Of a stretch of 64,000 nt of DNA, positions 35,936 to 50,146 are shown in pieces. Numbering within the stretch: the stretch's first letter is position 1; the number at the start of each line of letters is the position of its first letter. The notes beneath the pieces were generated by a model. That model worked only from the letters and a program-made list of their open reading frames with translations, was not told the origin of the DNA and did no database searches. The position numbers and the translations under genes are program-made. The stretch comes from Chlorokybus atmophyticus (lineage: Eukaryota; Plantae; Mesostigma and Chlorokybus algae): contig RHPI01003009.1 in assembly GCA_009103225.1 (NCBI GenBank), positions 369,004 through 433,003 of the forward strand, written 5' to 3'.

Positions 35936-36768
35936 TCAAGGCGTTTCTGGTGCTGTTGAGAACAGTGCATCGCTAACTGAGCTGCTTATCAAACACAGTG
36001 ATATGATCTTCCCGAAAGCCTTCCTCCTCTCGGTGTCCTTGCCCTACCAGCCATAAACAGATGAGATGGATAGTTACTACAATCAGGGCAAGGTGCATAG
36101 CAAAGTATGAAGCGTGCGTTATGTCAATGATGATACTGTGTGATGTTTCTGTGTGATGAGCGTTACCTGTGAGAGCTCTGGCCCGAGGATGTTAAGCAAC
36201 GCACCCGCTGCACACACCTGCGCCTGAGACGAGTACAGGAGTTTGCTTGAGTGCGTCTTCAGAGCTCTAGATTGGGTTTGGGCATACGTTGGATACTTTG
36301 GTCTACATCGCATGTGCGGGCTACACTCACCTGCATGTCCGTCCCAACAAGCAACTCCGCGAGCGGCGGCACCGCATACAACTCTCTGATGATCATCCTG
36401 CTCGCCACCTAACACAAACCATCATTGTCATCAGTAACACCATCATCATCACCGTGCTTATGATTCAAACCTCTCGGGACACGTTCTGGAGGGCGCCGGC
36501 AGCGGCGGCTTGCACCGCGGGATGGGCCGTGTCGCTCAGGAGGGAGACGAGCACGGGGATGCCACTTTCTCCAGCACGCCTGGAGGATGACACAAGTATG
36601 TCAATGTGTGCGCGGATGCGTGCGTGTTAGCGCATGCATGCACGTGTGTGTGCATGAGTGTGCGGGCGCGCAAGCGTGTGTATGTGTTGGTGTGGCGTGT
36701 GCGACATATGGGTGCGTGTACATATGATTATAGAATGCGTGTTCATGTGTGTGTGCGCGCGCACACTC

Positions 36769-36858
<90 letters not shown>

Positions 36859-36906
36859 NNNNNNNNNNNNNNNNNNNNNNNNNNNNNNNNNNNNNNNNNN
36901 NNNNNN

Positions 36907-36949
<43 letters not shown>

Positions 36950-38827
36950 ACATGCACGGCAGGGTAGAGTCCTTCTCAAAGTTGCTGATTTGTCAGCTTT
37001 CTCACCTTATCACGCGGATGCTTCCGGCATCGCTGCTGAGGTTGTGGATGGCTCCAACCGCCCTCGTACGCACCTGATGGATAATGGCTTCTGTGAGTCT
37101 TGCTTCGTTCTCACAATCACTCCACCTGGGTGCTTTTACAGTATCCTAATGCTGTACCTTCACGCTGTCGCAGCGTAAGAGGGCGAGGATGCTAGGAATC
37201 GCGCCCAACTCCCTCACCTAAGCATGGTTGGTGTAGTCAGGAAAAAGGGTGAGTGCGTCACTGAAGGGGTGAATGAGTGCGTGCTGGCGTGGGTGAGTGA
37301 AGGAACGAGTGAGTGAAGTAGTCACCAAGTCATTGAGTGCTTGCAGTAGAAACATCATGTCCAGTCTTCCACGCATGAGTTTACCATTGCATAAACGCAT
37401 CTGGCCATCTGCATCCCACCTGCGTTCTCCCCTCTTCCTGGAAGCATATTGACTGCAGTGCCCCAGCAGCGTTGGCTCTGAGCTCACTCAGCGCCCCATC
37501 ACCAACCTTGCCTCCAACCACCCCAACACCCGCACCCGCACCCGCGCTGATGAGTTTGTCAATATCGTCCGCTAGGAACGCCACGAGCGCGGCCACCCCG
37601 CCCGCCGCCACCACCCTCTCAACATTGGGCTTCTCGTAGCACGCATTCAACACCACATTCGCACCCTCCGCCGCAACCCTGTGGAGATGCAAGTCAGTTG
37701 TTGTTGTTGTTGTTGATGTTGTTGTATCAACATCACAACCCCACCTTATGCTGGCTGGCTGCTTCACGTGTTTCAGCACTGCGCGCAGTCCGTGGTTCAC
37801 TCCGAGCGCAATGCGATTGGTGTGCTTGCGCGACAGGATCTTGAGGGCCTTGAGGAGCAGGAGGAGGAGGGGCTCACAGGAGGAACAGGAGGAGGAGGAG
37901 GAGGTGGAGGGAAGGGCGTCGAGGACCTGAGGAGAGGTTTGGGTGGGGGCTTGAGTGGGTGCTTGTGACCATGCGCACATGTGTTTGTTGTTTTGGACAA
38001 GCATCACTCTAGCACGGTTGAGAAGAGTTTGCTTGTGGCTTTGGTCCTCTGAAACTGTGATATACTCTCACAAACAGAGTCGAGTAATGTAGCCACTCGC
38101 AGTCAGTCACCACCCTCATCCAACCTCTCATGAGATCAATCAGCAATACACTTCAAACCCAGATGAGAGTGAGTGAGTGAGTAATGCCTAATCACTTGGT
38201 GAAACTCATCAACTGTTATGAACTGAGTCAATCCTTCTTGCCTGCGTGAGCGGGTTGAGGTTGTCCGCGTTTGGGTCGCGGAAGTTGGGCGAGGCGCGCG
38301 GGTCCTCGTTGCCGGCAACAAAGTCTTCCAGCGCCTGGCGAACCGCCGACTGGTGGTAAGACTCCTGGGGAAAGAGATGTATTTTTCAGCGTGCGTGCAT
38401 GTGTGCGCATGTGCGCACATCCAGAGGACCAGCCTATTATAAATGTGAAGATGACGAGAACATGGTGTCCACCAGATGTACGTCTTAATGTTGGAAGGTA
38501 TTTGATCATAGACGCTGGGTACTTAGTACCTTCTCCACAAAGGTATGAGGATACTGAATGGCCCCAGGACGAATTTTGCTTGCTGTTTTATTTTATTACA
38601 GGTCATCCTCGCACACACACGATCTTGTATACACGAGTTGACACTCAATCAGTTCTTCATAATCAGTCAGTTGTTGATGACTTATTCAATCAATCGTAAC
38701 AGTTCAAAGTCAATCAAGGCCCGCTGTCTGTCCCCCTCCGTCTTGCCTTAGCAGCAGGTTGAGGCTGCACCAGCGCCTGCAGCGGCGTCCTCTGCATGAG
38801 ATCCGCCACCGCAGCGTAGTCGGACAT
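35936..38827 (-). CDS. Armadillo (ARM)-repeat protein, multi-exon
   Basis: Repeats GGVAALVAFL…NAAGALQSIC, AIPSILALL…RAVGAIHNLS, GIPVLVSLL…AAAGALQNVS and AVPPLAELL…CAAGALLNIL across spliced exons; stop TGA at 35936. Confidence 0.8.
36770..36948. repeat. (GA)n microsatellite in an ARM-gene intron, with gap N 36859-36906
   Basis: Visible directly. Confidence 0.95.
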
Positions 38828-40449
38828 CGCTCTAGTAGTCGCTAACAGATGTTCGCCACCCTCAACAGTCCAAGATGGGCCGCCACCGCCGCCGCCGACG
38901 ACGACAACGACAACAAGGAGCAGAGCAATGAGAGATGAGTGCACTGCTGGAGGCCTCGATCCCGATCGTGTCACGTGACACGCTATGCGTCGCAGTGTCG
39001 GGCGCCTACATTTATTTCTTGTTGATGACCATGACATTAGGTAGGATCATGGTCAGCCCAGATGACAACATAGCATGCAAATTGTAGTCTACAACTTGTA
39101 GTTTACTTTACTACTAAGACAACTTGTGCATCAGTTTGCAGACCAACACGTCATAGTGTGGGATGATGCACAATTTAAACTGTGAAAGCAAAGTGAACGT
39201 AAGTTATGCATACAATAAGGCCACACATGTTGATAACATGCCTGGGAGCATAAGCCTTATGTCACTTATATATGTTACAATCTTAATACATATAGCTATT
39301 GCACGTAAACGACACATAATCTCACCTTCAATAGATATACCATGTTCGACATTACAACCAGTATCAACATATCTACATCCAATATGCACAATTCAATGCA
39401 AAACCTTTGCGTAATCATTTGTTTTGTAAACACATCACATTGAAGTTGATTGTTTGTACAAAGACATTGGTATTAACTTACTAACACGGCAATTGCGCTA
39501 AAGTGCCTGCCCGCGCCGTTCGGGTGCGGACGGCACTGTGCATGCCGGCTTTGGTCCAAATGACCGCAACTGCTAACCAGCAAACGCGGTGATTAAGAAC
39601 CGATACGGTCGGTTGCAAACAGCAGCAATCATACACAAAAAATATATGAAAGCCCCCCATTCACAAGCCCGCTGATGGAAAAGGATGGGGGGCTTGTCAA
39701 GATGCCCCCCCCCCTATTCTTTGCCCTCCTACACCTTACCGGCGCTTTGCCAGCCAGCCAGCATAAATACGATGTCATGTGCTAGAGTCGCGGCATGTTG
39801 TACATAGAATGCAAGATGCGACTGCTCATGTGTAGAACATGCATTCAGGCAGTAGCATAACATGACATGCATGTCACGCACATCATCAATAGAAGTCCAC
39901 CAGGCTATCCTACGCACCTACTCTACCCCGTTAGGCACGCAATGGCATGTATGCGGTTCATCATCACCTGCACCGCGGCTGTGGTCAGCGGCCCATCTTC
40001 GCAAAGGCGATAGCAGCAGCAGACTGCAACGACTCCCTCTCCCCCACAAAGCCACCCACTCCCCGCCCGCCACCATGTACTGCCGGTGCTGCCATTGCAG
40101 CCAGGCAGCTTTGCTGCATGTGTGAAGCGGAACCATGCAATTGCAAGTGTGCAAGCAAACACTTTTTGGAAATCGGGAGCCCGGACTAACGCTAGCACTC
40201 TACTATACACCTAACGCATTCACAACCACCAGCAGCTAGACACAACAGTTGCAAGAAGGGTAGGACGGCAGTCGCAGGTAGGCAGACGGACAGGCAGAGA
40301 CAAGGAGGGCAACCTGCGCAGCAGAGCCGTGTGTATGCTACAAATGGTATGGTGGGGGAGTGTAAACAACCTCTCTCATACTGTTTGCCGGTGTGATACT
40401 TCGTACTTCAAAAGTCAGCACGTTATCATTGTCGAAAGAGACACAGACA

Positions 40450-42490
40450 TGGCCTCTGGGCGAATGACAATGCAGTGAACAGTGTTGCAACTGCAACTTA
40501 ACTGACCGACAGGGATTACACCTTTAACACGACACGAAGGACATCACCGGCGGTTACGACCCTTGTTTGGTGTTGATGAAGATTGTCTAAAAACAGCTGG
40601 TTCACGCTTGTGTGATTAAGCCGGTTCAGACAATCCAGGAGGGGCGTGTCGTATGATACACGTTGCACGCTTGGGCAGGAAGCATTCGTCCTTGGGAGGA
40701 GGGCATCATTGACTTTGATGAGGGCATCCTTTGGCTTCGTGGGTGTGCTGTAGCGCTACGCAACATAACAAAAGTTCAATAAGTAGTTGTGGCATCACGG
40801 TTTGCTGCACTCGACGTGGGTGTCTGGGACATGCCTGTTAACGATATGAGTTGAAAGCAACTTGCAGCAACATAACCAGTGCATGATACGACTCCCCTCC
40901 TCCGCCCCCAAAGTTGCACAATGATGCCGTGTGCGCAACTTACTGCAGTGCATTCTTGAATCAAGGTATCAGCAGACTTGAACATCACGGTTGTGCCGAT
41001 CACCTCTCGACGCGCAAGTTCTAGAAGGTCTGAGATACTCAGAGCCCACTCCAACATCAAACCATTCGCTACACCGCCCACTGCCATAATCTGATGCCTG
41101 ACCATCACGTTTGCCCAGAACAGGTCGGGTTGGCCATCTTCAGGTCGGATGATAGCATCAACCTGCATGAAATACACACTAGCCGTAAGCACTTGCAAAA
41201 AAATGCTGCAACATACGGCCTTTATTAACACCTGCTTGAACACCCGAGGATCGTTGATCATCCGCAGCCCGGCATAGGACCGGTCACACTCGTTGAGCAG
41301 CAACTCAATCAAGTCTTATGCTTGAAATGGAATGCCCCTCCATCTCCGCTTACGCGAACAATTGCAACGTAACAGTCATCGCCAAGACTGAGCAAGCATT
41401 CAGCGACCTGTCAGGCGGAAAGAGTCGAGTATTGAGGACAAACAAACCAGCGGCTGTTCATGCACAGAGCACCCGAGTTCAAGCTTTACAAGTCGTCAAG
41501 CTCCGCATATCCAAACATGATAAACTCATGCTGAGTGCATACGACAAACATGCTGGGCGGTGGTGTGCCAAGGGTTGCAAGCTCACCGTCAGCATGGTGG
41601 TGGTGGAGTCTATGCCAACAGAAGGGAGAAGCTTTACGACTTTCCTGTATAGTGGTGGCGTGAGCCTTGGATCTGGGGCCTGCGCGGGGTTGCGTAGGCG
41701 TATTACCAGCCAGCCAACAACAGCGCTTCTGAGCACCTCTTGGTCATGCACTCACTCACAGCATGCCCCAAGCTGTAACCGTACCATGCAGTTGTGCATC
41801 AGCTTTTCCAGGTCGACAAACTCCTGCAAACGCCGAGCTTCCATGCGGAGGTCTGCCTGCTGCCCCTCTGCGTTGTGCAGGCCCAACTGCTCCCAACCAG
41901 CTGTGCCAGGTACCAAACCACAACATGCTCTGTGCCTGGGGAGCTCGTGCTGGGTTGGGACGCTTGGCGGGCATGCGTAGCTGTACACAATGCTGAGTGA
42001 CATGGTGAGTTGACAGACCCCAGCCAACCTTGCTTCTTCCTTTCAAGCAGATAATCATCCGTCAGGAGGATGCCTCTGAGTATGTCCTTGACGTATGTGC
42101 CGCCTGCCGCCGCCATGCCTCCTGCACTGCAATGAATTTGCTGAGAGAGATTCTCTTGCAGGCCGCCATAGGCCTATGGCGGCTTGCGTGGCGACGCTTC
42201 AACTCCTCCTGAACGTCACCAAAGCTGCGTTCAGCATTGCGAAAATAACACCCCACGAGTTGGAGACGCTATATGCATAACACCCCACGTAACGTGATGC
42301 ACACCGACAACAGTCTACGCACGTTTGCCATGCTCACGTGAGTGCCTGAGCCCAAGCGCGGCATCCTGTGGGTTGTGCTCAGGCGACGCACAGATACGGA
42401 AGAAGCCTGTCGTGCTCGCAGCACTACACCAGTCCTCCACGTGGCACAGGTGGTACAAGTAAGTAAGCGAGATGATACGGACTGCAAGCA
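40450..42490 (-). CDS. Possible CBS-domain gene (multi-exon, may be decayed)
   Basis: Last exons read RVSYDTPLLDCLNRLNHTSVNQLFLDN…VVTAGDVLRVVLKV*, resembling a CBS motif. I could not join the upstream exons into one clean frame. Confidence 0.3.
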
Positions 42491-42986
42491 TCAAATGACC
42501 ATATCGGTGTGACCAATGCTATTCCCTGTCAATACGGAATTGTCTACGCATCTGTACTACATTGCTCCACGCTCTGTCTGCTTGCATTCCGGGCCCATGT
42601 ACTAGTCCTAGCGTCCTAGAACGTTGGTTGCCTATGTACTTCACCCTACACATTGCATGCGGTACTAAAGAAAGTTGTCGTGATGCATCATAACACGGCT
42701 GTATTGAAGCGTTGGTTCCATGCCACACTTGCCAGAAGATTGTGCCTTGATCAGCCAACTTTGGGAAGAAATGTGTCTTTTGGTCTATTTGATGCCGAGC
42801 AGAGCATGTCTATCTGACTTTAACGCTGTTACTCACGAGTGACGCAGCAAGCACCAAACCAGAGTATAAGTAACCCTTTCAGCGTATCAGCATATTGCGT
42901 AACATCCTGTGGCACCTATTGCTGCTCACTGAAGCTAGCAACAATAGTTTGCACCTTCTACTCATTTGGGTCCCTGCTGGTCTTGC

Positions 42987-44763
42987 TTATGCGCTGGTCT
43001 TTGCTGCCGGTTTTGAAGGCTTAGCCGCTCCCTTGCCTTTCACGCCGTAGTCACAATAAGGGAAGCGTTTGGGGTCATTCCATAAATGGACTCGCAGGTA
43101 CGTAGCCGCAGCGCTGTCTATCAGCCACAGCAAAGACCCATCGGTCGGCCTCACCATCTGAGCCGGGAGCGCACCCGGCAAAGCTTGCCTCTCCAACGCG
43201 CGCGAGACGACCTCCGCCTTCTCTTTGCCCACCGCAACCACCACAACCTGTCCAACACGGTTCATGTTTGAGTCTTGAGAGTGTGTGTTCACAGATAGCC
43301 AGTACTAGAAGTAACCTTCTGAGCTAGTGGCGCTCACCTTAGCTGCTGCACTGAGGACAGGCAGAGTCATGGTGATACGGGATGGTGGCGGCTTGGGCGA
43401 GTTGGTGATGGGTAGAATCCACGCTCCTTGCTCAGCAAGGGCCGGGTGGTTGGGGAACAAGGATGCAACATGTCCATCCGGCCCTACGCCCTGCATGAGT
43501 AGCGACACATGTGACCATATGTATACATTACCAACGCTAACTCAGTAACATAAGCGTCTAGACATGTGAGGCATGTTGGGTCGAGTACAGTGAGCATGAC
43601 CTGCTTGTTTTAAGTGTATAACAAGCACAACTCATGTCACGTAAAGCATTGAGAGGTTGCGCACCAGAAGCACGAGGTCAAAGCGTGGGAGGGACCGATC
43701 TGGCGTTGACGCAAGCTTCGGGTGCTGTCCGCCAGTGAGTTCCCTTATTTGCCTCTCGTAATCCTCAGCAGCCTCCTCAGGGGACACGGAGTCGTTTATG
43801 CGAATGATTTGCTGCTCTGGTATTGAAACGCCACCCAGCCAGGCATCCTGACCAGCATGCAATGCAGGTGAGCAACTCCATGGCAAGTATAAGTAGTAAA
43901 GAGTAAAGCGCACAGCATATCATGATGGCACCTTTGCACCCTTGTAGTTTGAGTCTGCAGAGTTCAAGGGGACGCAGCGCTCATCTGCCCAGAAGATATG
44001 CCACCGTCCGAAGTCTGCATGCTTGGCATGCTGCCGATCCGCCAACTTGGCAGCAATCTGTCAGTGGTATCAGATCTAGCGTTCAGTGCACTTGGGACAG
44101 CTGATACAACGGTGTGTTAGAATCAAACATCCGGTTGCTGCAGAAACCTCCAAGTGTTATGCATTTCAGTACTTCGGTCGTTGAGAATGCAGGTGCGCGC
44201 GTGCACACACACAGGCACTTGTTCTACATATGACAACCGATGCCTGCGATGAATCCCTTCTACCTTCATGAGGGAACCCCCGGACAAGACCAGAGTGAAG
44301 GACCCCCGTTCAGCGATGGCGGACTCAGCAGCTTGCAAGACAGTCTGCACGAGCGTGTCGGACACATCTTCTGAAGTCTCATGGATGTCAACACTCGCAT
44401 TGACGTCACCGGTAGGGTACTGAAACAAGTGCCTGACGGGCTGCCTACCCTTCTGTGCATCCTGATAAGCACACATCACATGAGCAAAGGTGTGAACCGC
44501 CACAATACTGCTGACGGTGCTTTTGAGAGGTGCACACACAGAAAACTTGAACTCATTAAGTGGAGAGTGATGCAGAACCTGTGCAGCACCTGTGCGTTGG
44601 CGGGTGTGCTGGTGTCGGTGGCATTGGCTTGTGTGTGCGGCGTGCTGACGGCCTTGACAACGAGTGTGGAAGAAACCCTTCGCGAAGGGCGTTGTGGACG
44701 GATATTGCCCGGTTGCGTGTTGGGCTGTCGCACTGTTGTCGAGGGCCGCGGCACCTGCTGCAT
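42987..44763 (-). CDS. PGL: 6-phosphogluconolactonase (plastid-type), multi-exon
   Basis: [73 protein letters not shown]…LPAQMV…WLID; transit-peptide-like first exon. Confidence 0.93.
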
Positions 44764-47553
44764 GCAGCCATCAAGGCCCGTGTCAGCGTACTGCAATACG
44801 CTGGTAGAAGTTCAGTAAACTTAAGCTGAAAGCTGTTGTTCAACCATGCTTGGCAGCATGCTTGAACAACAGCTTTCACACATATGATAGTGTTGTATCT
44901 AGCTTAAAACATAAATGTTCACTACTTGTCACACGTCTGAACAGCTGAACTATATCATTTTCTGCAGACATGCTGACAAACTAACACTACAATTTGTGTA
45001 CACTATTGCCACAAGTGACGTCTGTGTGCGCTTGGTGTTTCGGAGTATCTGGCCAACTCTCAAAGAAAGCAGGGGTATGACAAAGAGAAATAGGGAGCAT
45101 GTTATTTCGAGCTCAACAAAACGCACTGAGACAGTTGTCACACATGTGTACAGCTGTGTGAAACGAGTTGCAACATCGGTGCATTGCATGGCAGCCGAAA
45201 GCCGTTTGCCATTGTGCCGCAGTAGCCGTGCATTGGTCCAGAACAGACGAGGCACCACAGGCTTGTGGTTGTCTTGAGTACACACAGGCTAACAGACCCC
45301 GTACCTGGCTCATGCTTCTGTCCACAACATCTAACTGCTATGATTGTATCACAAGAAGCAACTGAGTGACTATTGCCTCAGCTCACCGCTGTGGGAGGCA
45401 GCAGCAGCGCCCTCGCCGCGGCGGCGGCAATGCCGCTCGCCGCCATGATGCTCTCCAGCTGCGCAACTATCAGCAAGCCCTGCCCAGCGTCACCGCCACC
45501 GCCACCGCCACCGCCACCGCCACCGCCGCCGCCGCGCAGGCAGTAAGGCAAAGGCAAAGGGGAAGCACAGCTGCGTAAGCTGATAATGTGGACAGCTTGC
45601 AGGCGGCGGTGGTGGCGGTGGCGGTGGCGATAGCGGTGTTGTCTTCGTGCTTAGGGGAGGCTGTACGGACCCCAAGGCTCGGATTGGATTAGAGGCTGCA
45701 CACCGTCAACCAGCTCAAGGATGGGAGTACCCTGTCCTTCCACCCCCATGCAACCAGTCTCATTGGGCTTGGACCGGTTGGATGGTGTGCTGCACCCGCT
45801 GAGGATAGGCGGGGGAATACGGGGAGTCGTGTATAAGTGTGTTTACCAATACTACCACCAATTTGCGTGCAAGCTGGTGAATTCAGTGTCTCTTGCACTT
45901 GTGAAGTTTACTCTACAATGCAACGCAACACATCTTTCAGTTCAACAAGAGGGTGCATAAGGTATGTATCGTAGGCATGCACAGTCACACCTGGCACAAG
46001 GCAAGCAGACTTAAAGGCACAGATAGACGACGTTATTTACATCAGGGGCCTACGCTAAGTGCGCTATGTGTATAAAATGATGCAAAGTACAACTCGCACA
46101 GGCAAATCTACATGAACACGCCATGCCAAGCATATCACAACCACTTACCAAATTGACCACCGGCCAAAGGCATGCGCTTGCATGCTAAGTACCCACTACG
46201 CCTACCCCTCTCACTACTGCCCCCCTGCTAGACATGCATGCATGCATCGCAGTTGCAATCCCCTACACCAACGCCATGTACTTAAGTACAAATGTGGCTG
46301 GGCAGTAGGCAGCAACAGCAAGCAGTAACTGAAGGACCAACCTGTAGCATGGCGGCGTGCATGTCATGCTATAAGGTGTGAAGAGGCTGGTTTGCTGGGC
46401 GCTCTGGCCGGCTTGCGGTGCTCGCTTGCGTGCATGCTGCTTCTCAAGTTGTCGTGCTGCACACATTCAACAACACATGGACTTGTTGAAGCCCACTTCA
46501 GAGACAGCTTCAACTAGAGCACTACTACTGTGCCAGTCAAGCCAACGTGAGCATGCTCTTCACGCAGTCCAGTCAACCCATTATTGTTAAGCTTATGTTT
46601 TCATAGGCTGTATGTGAGATTGCATGGGGCATGGAGGGCATCTAGCTTTGGTTGGCTCTGTGATAATATTTTTGCTGCTTATGATGATGGACTTGCGAAA
46701 GCATATATAAGTTGTAGAGACTCGGCAGCCAGCCAGCTGGGACCCGCCTGCATACCACGCCTCACCCTTGCATTCAATCTACATTACTTCGTGACTGTTT
46801 GAACTCGGAGAGCTTTCACGCTGTCCCTGATGCAGCTTGACACACAGATGAGTCAACCTGTGCCTTGATGTCCATGACCTGCTAGGTCATCTCAAGATCC
46901 TGTCATCCAACCACTTGAAACATGATTCTAGCCGCAACCGTATCCCAGATAACAGCAGAGACTGATTGTCACAGGTCGCCGGAGCTTCAGCAATCACAGT
47001 TGAGCCAGCCGATACTCCATCACCGTGCTGGGTGCTTGCTTCAATTGAGAAGCGCATGCAAGATGCAGTGATTGCGCACACCGCACCATGCAGCCGATAA
47101 TGCATAGCATAATAATTTGTATGCAAGGCAAGTGCAAAGAACAGCTGCAAGGGGCTGATTCAAACCCCACGCTGCGGTTTATCAAAGGTATCCTAACACC
47201 AACGCACCTTCAGAGCAGCGCCCATTCACTTGCCCACCAGCTGCACAACCACCTTAGCTGTGCAGCCGCCAAAACAACCGCCAACCTGGGCGGTGTGACT
47301 GTATCCGCCGAAGGATTTTGACACCAGATTGCTAGCGTAGTAACTGTGCAACTACGTTGACAGAAGTGCTGATGCCTGTAACTTATACCAACAACAACAG
47401 TGCCAAGAACAAAGCCAGGCAGTGCCCATTGTGAAATGCAACCCAACACCTGTACAAACATGCATAGGACAAAACGTGGCTGAAAACCTGTAGTACTTTA
47501 CTGTTGAATCAAGTCTCTGGAGTCACTGAGTAACCAAAACAACACTAACATTG

Positions 47554-50100
47554 TCACCCAGTGGCCTGAGGCTGAGGCTCTTGTGTGGTGGAGTCACCAC
47601 CATTTACGTGTGAGCCGGGGGGCTCTTGATGGGGCGGAAGCTCTACACTCTGGGCTGTGCTTATGCCAGCATTCATATCTAGCCCTCCATGGCTGTAATT
47701 GCCACTGTTGGTAGGTGTAGCCGCACCTCCCTCTTGACCGTCCCTCTTGCGTCCAAAGGGATTCTTCGAATACGTGGGTGAGGGTTAAGGACAACCACCT
47801 GCTAATTGTGCCGGGCAACATGCTGTGCTTGCAAATATGAAATCATACGGGCACAAAATTGACAGACACCATAGCCAGACAAAGCCCAAGTGTCAACATG
47901 CTGACCAACAATACAAGCCAATCATACGCAAAAGCTTTGTGAGGATATTGTATTCGCATGCCACCTCGGTCTGAGGTAGCCAGCTGTGCACCTTGCAGGT
48001 TTTGCCTGACAGCAGACGCACATGCAATGTCCTGCAGGCCAAAAACACAGCCAACTTGAGCATCAACCAAGTGAAGATGGTTGGATGAGACGAGGCTATG
48101 ACACCAACACCAACCTGGAACTCCACAAAACAGACAGTATTTGCTTGCTGCCGCAATATCTTGATTTGTCGGTACCCCACTTGCCTGCGAACAAATGCAA
48201 TGAGCGCATCATGCAAGGTGACCTTGCACGATCTACATGTATCTGCATACTTACGTGGCAAACAGGCCTCTAAGTTCCTGTTCTGAAACAGACTCGCTCA
48301 AGTTACCAATGAACAAGGTGTTGCAAGGAGGGTTGTCCTTAAGATTCTGCACAACACACAGACAAGATGCGTGCATCAGTTTCACCGTGCATTCCAACTG
48401 CTGTACGCCGCCTGTTTATTGCGACGCACTGGTCTCAAACATAATGAAGTGCTGACATCCTACTGCACAACCTGAACGGGCACGCGATGTGGTGCAATGG
48501 GCGAAGATGCGCCGTAAATGCGAGATGGCTGCTGCACCTGGTGCTGTGCAATGCAAGTGCGAGGTGCGTTGATCAGCGCAATGTTATGCAGACCTGTCTG
48601 GAAGCACCCCATGAAGATGACACAGCTACAGTTCAGCTTGCCTGCATAGGCTGCATTGGAGCGTAAGCTATTGGCTGGGGTGCCATCTGCATGGTTGCAT
48701 AACCATATGGATCGTACGGCTGTTGGTAACTGCCAGCCACAACAGAATGTTGGTGTAAACATGAAAGGACAGAGGAGACTGCAGCAACTGAGTTCTATGT
48801 GTGCTTCAGGTGCAAGCGCCCAAGCAATGCAACTGGCGCTTGCTGCGTGCACCACTGCATGCAATCCTTTGTCGCATAGAGACACGGATGCACTAGAACA
48901 TGCCATCACAGTACCCCTGATGTCCCCAAGGCGTTGGCGCTCCAGGTCCGTAAGGCTGTGGCTGGGCGCCATAGTCACTTCGCATCCGCTTGCTAGGGTC
49001 GTAGCCTGAGTGATCTGAAAAGGTAAACTCCACTGCATCACAGCAGCAGGCAACAACAGACAGCGAACTCTGCAAGGGTTGACAATGGTGCAGTGCAGCA
49101 ACGTACCTGAACCTGCACCATCTCTTCTCCGAACGTACATGTTTTTCTTCGCCATTTCACTTCGAAGAACACACTTTGTTTCCGGATCAAACTCCAGGTT
49201 CTGCAAAATAGAAGAACAAGAACATTCGTCACTTGCTACAGCCTGTCAGAATGCAGGCAACCACAGAGCAAAGGTGCTGAACGGGAATGCCAGGTGACAT
49301 GCATGCAAACAAAGCACTGCGCTACATGCCAATGTCAACACAAGCATGAGACAAGCGTCACATAGACAACAAGCATCACCATGACCTAGTGAAGCACAGA
49401 AACATGCCTGAAGTGCATCTCGTGCAGCAAGCGCCGCTGAGGCTGATGAGAAGAGTGCAAAACCCATTGGCTGATCACCCTTAAACGTCATCTGGGACGC
49501 CTCGTAGCCGGGCCACCAGCGCAGCAGGTTGTGCAGCTCGCGCTCGCGCACATCGACAGGAAAACCTAGAACAAACAGTGTCCGCACCTGCAAGAGCAGC
49601 AACATAAGCTGCCACCGTAGCAATTGATAGGCTGCAACATAGCGGCACGCCAGAATCTGTTGTGCAATGGCAAGTGCAGAGCAATGACAATGGCAGCTTC
49701 TTATCTTGCAACGCTGCGCTGCAGTGAATGCGAGAAAATGTACAACGTGTGATCACCATGTTGAAGCACGTGACAGCAGGCACCCCCCATGATTTTGGAC
49801 TTGCAATTGCAGATTGCAGCCAAACAGAAGTCAGTATACAAACGGGCAAGGCTGGAACCACGCTGCCGCAGCAACAAGCTCGCAGGGAAGCCCTTGCAGC
49901 TGCCTGCAGCCCCAGCTCTGGAGCCCACTAGCTGCACTAACAGAGAGGCTGGTCGCAACCAACCGAGCTGAGACCAGCTAGTGAACCCTTACCTCCCCGT
50001 CATTGACGTCCATGGCGGCAGTCGCCTCCGTGGCTTCCTGCATGGCCCCTCCAGGAACAGCTACGGCTGTTGGCACCGCCCCATACTGGTGCTGCTCCAT
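47554..50100 (-). CDS. Two-RRM RNA-binding protein (RBPMS/MEC-8/couch-potato-like family), multi-exon
   Basis: RRM1 VRTLFVLGFPVDVRERELHNLLR…GFALF…ALQNLEFDPE…LRSEMAKKN; RRM2 DNPPCNTLFIGNL…CFVEFQ…SDRGGMRIQYSKNPF. Confidence 0.88.
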
Positions 50101-50146
50101 CCCCCCAGCTCCCGCCGCCGCCGACAACAGCCCTAGCCTGCCCTGG

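Noticed and set aside
45370-47460. Possible gene between PGL and the RRM gene (exon-like pieces, poly-Gly tract)
   Set aside because: The pieces could not be joined into a coherent frame and no domain was recognised; likely UTR, low-complexity or decayed DNA.
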